Shown here: positions 55,955-64,000 of the stretch, in pieces
Numbering within the stretch: the first letter of the stretch is position 1
Layout: every line of letters starts with the position of its first letter
Assembly (NCBI RefSeq): GCF_009914755.1
Contig: NC_060934.1
Length of the DNA stretch: 64,000 nucleotides
Reading direction: 5' to 3' (one strand)
Source: the human T2T-CHM13v2.0 reference genome, Homo sapiens
Made by a program: the position numbers and the translations under genes
The notes under the pieces: model-generated
What the model saw: the letters and a program-made list of their open reading frames with translations, nothing else
Told to the model about the DNA's origin: nothing
Database searches by the model: none

Positions 55955-56205
55955 AGGTGAAAGGATACGTAATTACAGTTAGATACGAGAACAAGTTCAC
56001 AGATATGTCGTACAGCATGGAGGCTATAGTTAATGACGATATACGTATTCTTGAAAAACGGAGAGTGGATGTTAGTGTTCTCACCACAAAAATAACTATG
56101 TTAGGCAATGCATTTGTTAGCTAAATTTATTCCACAGTGTATATATACTTAAAAACATCAGGTAGGCGGCAAGTATTAATATATACAATTTCATCTCTCA
56201 GTTTT
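55955..56205 (+). mobile_element. L1MA-type 3' end fragment
   Basis: tacagttagata...tacagcatgg...ctatagttaat...tgttctcaccacaaaaataactatgt. Confidence 0.7.
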
Positions 56206-57975
56206 TTTAAAGGCGTTGATAGAAAATCTGGGCTTTGCACTTAACTGATTTTCTGAGCCAACATTTCAGTAATTGCTGATTCATTATATGATGGTTTCAT
56301 TCAATAAAGATCGGATATGTACTTGAAAATGTGTAACTGGCTTAGAATGGTTAAAATGTATAAGAAAAGTTTCAAGTTCTTAAATAGTATTGGAATGTGT
56401 GGTAGAACCTTAGATTCATTGTACTTAACAATTTCGCTTGTTAGCTTTGTAAGAGTAAAATACTTAGGAAGGCTTATTTGTAATCAGCAAATAGACATAT
56501 TAAGAAAGAAAATTGAGTGGTTTATGAATAGAATTTAAAATTTTAAAGAGACTTTTAAGTTGCAAAGTTTCGCTTGAAATTGTTTAAAATTTAGTAGATT
56601 TTCAAACGTAATAAGATTTGTTAGAAGAAATTAAAAGCCTGAAGAACTAGATTTTTTTTTTTTTGAGACAGAGTTTTGTTCTGTCGCCCAAGCTGGAGTG
56701 CAGTGGCAGCGATCTTGGCTCACTGCAAGCTTCCCTTCCCGAGTTCACGCCATTCTCCTGCCTCAGCTTCCTGAGTAGCTGGGACTACAGGCGCCCGCCA
56801 CCACCCCCGGCTAATTTTTTGTATTTTTAGTAGAGGCGGGGTTTTCACCGTGTTAGCCAGGATGGTCTCGATTGCCTGACCTCGTGATCCGCCCGCCTCG
56901 GCCTCCCAAAGTGCTGGGATTACAGGTGTGAGCCACCGCGCCCGGCCAGAACTAGATTTTTGAATGTGAAATTGTACCTTTGATAAATCAAATATTTATT
57001 TTTAAAACCGAAGTTTTTGCTCTGTCGCCCAAGCTGGAGTGCAGTGGCAGTGATCTTTTATTTATTTAAAAATAAATAAAAATACTTATTTTTAAAACCG
57101 AAGTAGCCCATGAATACTCTTTTTTGTGCAAAAAAACCATTTGTAATGTGCCAAAAAAAACTTCTTCCATAAATAAATGAGACATGTTATAAGTCATTGA
57201 TGTTCTGTTAACTTCGGGAAAGCAGGCTGTAATCTTTTCCACTTTTTGAAGATGTATATGCCTCAAAATCAAAATAATACCAGCACTCTTAGGGATCTGT
57301 GGTAGGGCTTTTTGATAATTTATTATTTCAAGGTAAAAAACAAATTATCCCATAAGTTTTTAAGAGACTTGAGGTATGGCTTTGCCATCCTTAATTATGA
57401 TTACCTGAAACAAATTAAGCTAAAGCATGCCTAGTTTAAGCAGCTTTATATCTCTGGTGATCAGTTGAATAGAAAGCCAGCAAGACACATCCAAAAGTAT
57501 CATGAATTCTTAGCGGTAGGTGCTCACTGCCAACCCAAGAATGGTTTCCAGATCTTGACTCTACTTCTGCCCTCTATCTTTAGAAGGTGACCAAATGCTA
57601 GTCATCTTCTAGTTGGGTTTGCTGCATTTCCTGTGTTGCAGCAAATATCTGCTGGTCTCTGATTTCTTAAAGACACATAAATGTTGTGCTCACTCAGAAT
57701 CCTTTTGAGCTTGTTGCTTTCATACTGTGATTTCCATCTGGTGGTTTGGATTTGGCTGGTTTTTGTTTACTACAAAGACCATTGTGGCAATAAGATGAAC
57801 CGCAGTAATCTTATTATTCTGATTTCTTGTCTACTGCTACCAAATGTACATCATTAACATTTTCTACTTTATATTAAAAGAAAGACAATTCCAAAATTAA
57901 TCAAGTGTAGAGATTTTTCTCTCTGCTTATAGTTGGTCTTTTAAAATGATGTCTTTTTTGGTGTTTTTTTTTTAG

Positions 57976-58047
57976 TGTCATTCTTCCACTTCCTCAGAAT
58001 GTGAAGGATTATTTACTCGATGATGGAACTCTGGTGGTTTCAGGAAG
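57976..58047 (+). CDS. CDC123: CDC123 exon 2 (SVILPLPQNVKDYLLDDGTLVVSGR); gene continues beyond the window
   Basis: ttttag|T GTC...GGA AG|gtaaag; 72 nt; phase consistent. Confidence 0.96.
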
Positions 58048-58649
58048 GTAAAGTATTTTAGAAAAAAATTTCTTAAACTTTATCATAAAGAAACACATAA
58101 AATGAATGAATTAGCTTAGGCACCATTCTTTCCCTTTAGCTCTTTTTCTCTCCTAGCCAAAATGATGTGCTGATCTTTGTCTCATATTCCTTCTCAATGT
58201 TCACTTAATATTTTCAACATTAAGTACTTTTCCCTCTAATAATTACAAGTTGTGAAATTGAGCAGTTCCTTTCATCTCTGTCTTTAGAAAACAGTTATGA
58301 TGACAACTTTTCCTTCTGACGGTAGCAGGGTGGGGGAAGTACATATTAAAATTCTTTGAGATCCTTCAGTTTTGACGATTAAAAATTCACTGTTGCAAAC
58401 AGGCTTTATCATCTAATTCCTCAACATTTTCTTCCCCACGATTGAACTACCGTGGCCCCCCCTCCACTTTCTAGAAGCTGTTCAGGTAGTTTCCCTATTT
58501 ATAGAATAAAGGGAAGAAGTTACTGTGTTTCAGTCTTTTGGATGCAAACTTGAAAACGTTGAAGAATCATAGGATTTAGTGAAGTTCTCATTTTTTAATT
58601 CGAGTCTGCTCAGAAGTCACGTTATGAGTGTTCAGCCCTCACCAGCCTT

Positions 58650-58855
58650 TCTAAAATAGCCTGACAGTAACCCTATGCCCTGACCTCCCTTCATTTTTCT
58701 GCATAACACTTACTTCCACCTGACAATTGTTAATTGTTCCATTAGAATGCAGTTTCATGAAAACAGGGACTTGGCCCATTTGTTCACCCCAGCTCATGGA
58801 ACAGTGCCTGATATAGCAGAAGTGCTTGATAAACATTTGTTGGATGAAGGAACTA
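58650..58855 (+). mobile_element. L2 3' end
   Basis: cattagaatg...agggac...ttgttcac...gaacagtgcctg...ataaacatttgttggatgaa. Confidence 0.7.
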
Positions 58856-59418
58856 TAGAAATACAGTAAGAATTGTGTGTTTTCAGTACTACTAACTGGA
58901 CCCCATATTTTTGCCTGTTGGGTTTTTAGTGTGGTTTTCTGGATTATATTTCTGTTTTTGGTATTCACAGAGCCTCAATAACCTGAAAATTATTAATGTA
59001 GCGCCTCATTAACTTTGAATAATTTGAGGCTGAGGAAACAGTAGGAAAGTCAGATAAGTCTCAACTTTAGGATATTTACAGATATAGTTTTTTTTGTTTT
59101 GTTTTTCTTTTGAGACAGAGTCTCGCTCTGTCACCCAGGCTGGAGTGCAGTGGCGTGATCTCAGCTCACTTCAAGGTCTGCCTCCCGGGTTCACGCTATT
59201 CTCCTGCCTCAGCCTCCAAGTAGCTGGGACTACAGGCGCCCACCACCACGCCTGGCTAATTTTTTTTATTTTTAGTAGAGATGGGGTTTTACTGTCTTAG
59301 CCAGGATGGTCTTGATCTCCTGACCTCGTGATCTGGCTGCCTCGGCCTCCCAAAGTGCTGGGATTACAGGCCTGAGCCACCGCACTCGGCATTTTTTTTT
59401 TTTTTTTTTTTTTTTTAA

Positions 59419-59625
<207 letters not shown>

Positions 59626-60389
59626 TGACCTCAGGTGATCCACCTGCTTCAGCCTCCCAAAGTGTTGGGATTACAGGCGTGAGCCACTGTGCCCAGTCAG
59701 TTTTATTCTCAAATACGTGTACCTATTTGCTTTATAAATGAGCTTATATATAATAAGCTTATGTAAATGAGACTATAAGTAAAATAGCTTTTAATATTAG
59801 AAAATAATTGGTAAATCTCAGTAGTGTAAACATGTTGAAGAGCTCCTATGATGATTCTCCCTGGCCAGATGTTTGCATGGCCTGTGGCTTAGGCAAGCAC
59901 TGATGTTAAATACTGTTAAACAGGGCTGGGCGCGGTGGCTCATGCCTGTAATCCCAGCACTTTGGGAGGCCGAGTTGGGTGGATCACCTGAGGTCAGGAG
60001 TTCAAGACCAGCCTGACCAACATGGTGAAACCTCATCTCTACTAAAAACACAAAAATTAGCCGGGCATGGTGGTGGGCACCTCTGATTCCTACTACTCGG
60101 GAAGCCGAGGCAGGAGAATTACTTGAACGCAGGAGGTGGAGGTTGCAGTGAGCCGAGATCATGCCATTGCGCTCCAGCCTGGACAACAAGAGCTAAACTT
60201 CGTCTCAAAAAAAAAAAAAGTACTGTTAAACAACACGATACGGTGCTTTACAGTAACCCACAAATCACATAGGGACCCTGCCCTTTTGGAGTTGACAGTT
60301 CAGCTTCATATTTGTGAAAGCCAGCATGGCATGGTGCTGTTTCTTTAGTCAGATTGCGTAATTTTAAGTAATATCTTTGCTATTTTCTA

Positions 60390-61290
60390 GCCCTTCCCTC
60401 TGTGCCTCAGTTTCCTTGTCTGAATATTGGGCAAATGACAGTATAGAACTTACTTTGTAGGGTCATTGCAAAGATACAAAGTGATAATACATAAAATGTT
60501 CAGTCTAATGCCAACTATATTGTATGCTCTTAAAACATGGAACTACTTTTATTATCATTGATCTAAGATGAACATAGCAAACACACAAGAGAATATATAA
60601 TGAAAATTGGGATAAGTGCTATGCAGAAAGTGGGGTGGTCATTACCCTTAAATTGCTGGGAGAGCTGAGGATCGCGAGGAGGGTCGGGGAATGCTCCGAA
60701 GAAGGATCTTTGGAGCCTCTGAGATGTGAAGATTGGAGGAATGTAGTCAGTTGAAGGGTGAAGGGAAGAATCTTCCAGGTGGGGGGAACAGCATTAATGA
60801 AGGCTCTAGGCCTGGAAGATCTTGACATACAAGAAGCTTGGGAAAGGTCATGTAGCTAGAGTATGGGGAGTGAGAGAAGGGTAAGTGGCATGAGATTCAC
60901 AGTTGATGACATGGGGGAGGACAGTTAAGATTAGGGGTGTGTGTGGGAGTCATGTTAAAGATGCTGCAATTTATTCTGAGAACGTCAGGAAGGCATTGAA
61001 GGGCTCTGAGCAAGAGAATGACTCGATCAGATTTCAGTTTGCAGCTGTGGCAGGTGACTGTGGAAATGGAAGACGGGTTAGGAGGATATTGCATTGGACT
61101 GGGTGAGACCTGCTAGTGGCTTGAACTAAGATGGTGACAGTGGGGTTGAGGGAGGAAGTGGGTTTCAGAAGATTGGGAGCTTGCACCTTCAGAACTTGAT
61201 GACAGGAATGTGTCAAGAATTCCTCTCAGATTACTAATAGAACAACTAGATGAATGAAGATGGTCATTTGCTCAGGTTGAGAGAAGCATT
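60390..61290. mobile_element. MIR (about 60390-60555) followed by an L2 remnant
   Basis: ctctgtgcctcagtttccttgtctg MIR core; L2-like ggcattgaagggctctgagca...gatcagattt. Confidence 0.6.
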
Positions 61291-61616
61291 GTCTGTGGAG
61301 CCTTTTTGAAACCTCACAATCTGTTGAGAATTTTGAAAAGTTAGTGATTTTAGGTTAGGTTACTTCTACAGATAAAAACTTGAAAATTTTAAGTATAATT
61401 TAAATGAGGTACATTTACGATAAAATGTATAGGTCTTAAGTGTACAACTTGGCGAATGTTGCTAAATGGTTACACCTGTTTCACCGTCACTCCATTCAAA
61501 ACATGGAACACTTTCATTCCCCAGAAAGGTTTCTCTTGTCCCTTTCTTAGTTCAGTTTCGTCAGTTCTAGAATTTCGTATAAGTGGAGTTATATAGTATG
61601 TATTCTTTTATGTCTG

Positions 61617-62450
<834 letters not shown>

Positions 62451-63147
62451 TTCACAAGAAAGTGGGAGATGGCTGTGGAGGTCTGCCATGGACCCTAATT
62501 CTTCATGCCTCATCCTCCATTACTTCCACATATAGTACATGCCTTTCTTTCCAGACTCTATAAGGTATAGTCTTGTTTACAGTTAGAAGTTAGCACATAG
62601 TCTGGGTTCAATAAATATTGGTTGAATGAGTGAATGAACATGCTTATCCTACTTTCTCTCCATGGTAACCTCTACTGAGTTCAGTGAATAGAATAGGCCA
62701 AGTATGATGACTAGTTTACCTTGTTTGCCGACTCAGATCTAATGGTAATGGTTTCCTGGAGTGATATGTAGAGGATTCTGAGGCTGCATCCAGGGTTCGG
62801 TGAGAAAGCATGCTTGGTTTGATTCTCGTTGCCTGCTGTGGGTGTAGGAAAGGAGGCTGGCAATGTGCTTTTCTGGTAGAGACAGTGATTCAATTTCACT
62901 GAACAGTTATTGCATGCCTAGTATGAGATGGGCACCAAGGAAACGGGCACCAAGCTTGATACTAGCGTAACAAGATGAGCAGGGCATCCTACCGTAGGAG
63001 TCTAGGCTTATTAGCAAGTCAAACATAAATAAATAAATAAATGTCTTGAGTTGTGTTGCGAAAAATGTTTTTGAATAAAAGCATCAACCAGCTGTGGTGG
63101 CTCATGCCTGTAATCTAGCACTTTAGGAGGCGGAGGTAAGAGGATCA

Positions 63148-63429
<282 letters not shown>

Positions 63430-63604
63430 TCACTGTGAGCTGGGGTCATCCAGAAAGTGTTTACAGTAAGGTGATACTTGAACTGAGCCCACACACTGGG
63501 TCTGACGCAGGTGGTACCTCCCTTCCAGGCACTAATCCTCATTGTTTCTTCTTGGTCACGAGTTCTTTCCTGACCTTGTCTCCCTTAAGGCTGAATAGTA
63601 AAAT

Positions 63605-63975
63605 GAGTTGAGCATCCCTAATTGGAAAATCTGAAATCTGTCCAGATGGGTGCTGAGATAGTGACATTTTTGCTTTCTGAATATTGTATAAAATTACCTT
63701 TGAGCCATGTGTATAAGATGTATGTGACACTGACACATAAATGATTTTTTTTAATTTTTTAATTTTTAGTTTTTGTGGGTACATAGTGTACATATTTATG
63801 GGGAACAAGAGATGTTTTGATCCAGGAATGCAATGTGACATTAGCACATCGTGGAGAAAGGGGTGTCCATCCCCTCAAGCATTTATTCATTAAGTTGCAA
63901 ACAATCCAATTACAGTCTTTATTTTTAGATGTACAGTTATTATTGACTATAGTCACTCTATTGTTCTGTCAAGTA
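63605..63975. mobile_element. Tigger4 fragment followed by an L1 3' fragment
   Basis: gttgagcatccctaat...aaaatctgaaatc; then catccctcaagcatttat...acaatccaattac L1 3'UTR. Confidence 0.6.
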
Positions 63976-64000
63976 GTAGGTCTGTGGTCGGGTGCTGTGG

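Noticed and set aside
55942-56124. ORF MEIGKVKGYVITVRYENKF..., which looks globular
   Set aside because: Falls in an L1MA 3'-end fragment; no splice context; the opposite-strand ORF is equally open

Overview
Primate (human-like) genomic DNA, very Alu-dense (roughly 60 copies by eye), covering the SEC61A2 - NUDT5 - CDC123 locus, which I recognise as human chr10p14. Contents: (1) SEC61A2 coding exons 4-12 and 3'UTR on +; (2) the complete 219-aa NUDT5 CDS on - in nine coding exons, one of them a 9-nt micro-exon; (3) a CpG-island bidirectional promoter shared by NUDT5 and CDC123; (4) CDC123 exons 1-2 on +. All exon boundaries were read from GT/AG sites and checked for phase. Almost all ORFs in the supplied track are Alu or other repeat translations, not genes. 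I find no wholly new gene system. The most interesting signals concern RNA processing: an alternative SEC61A2 last exon lying antisense inside the last NUDT5 intron that would swap TM9-10 for a basic tail, a back-to-back two-strand poly(A) element between SEC61A2 and NUDT5, candidate poison exons in an Alu-free stretch of SEC61A2 introns 6-7, a U13 snoRNA retrocopy with intact C/D boxes, and a templated-insertion scar in CDC123 intron 1. Repeat subfamily names come from recalled consensus sequences, and repeat boundaries are approximate.
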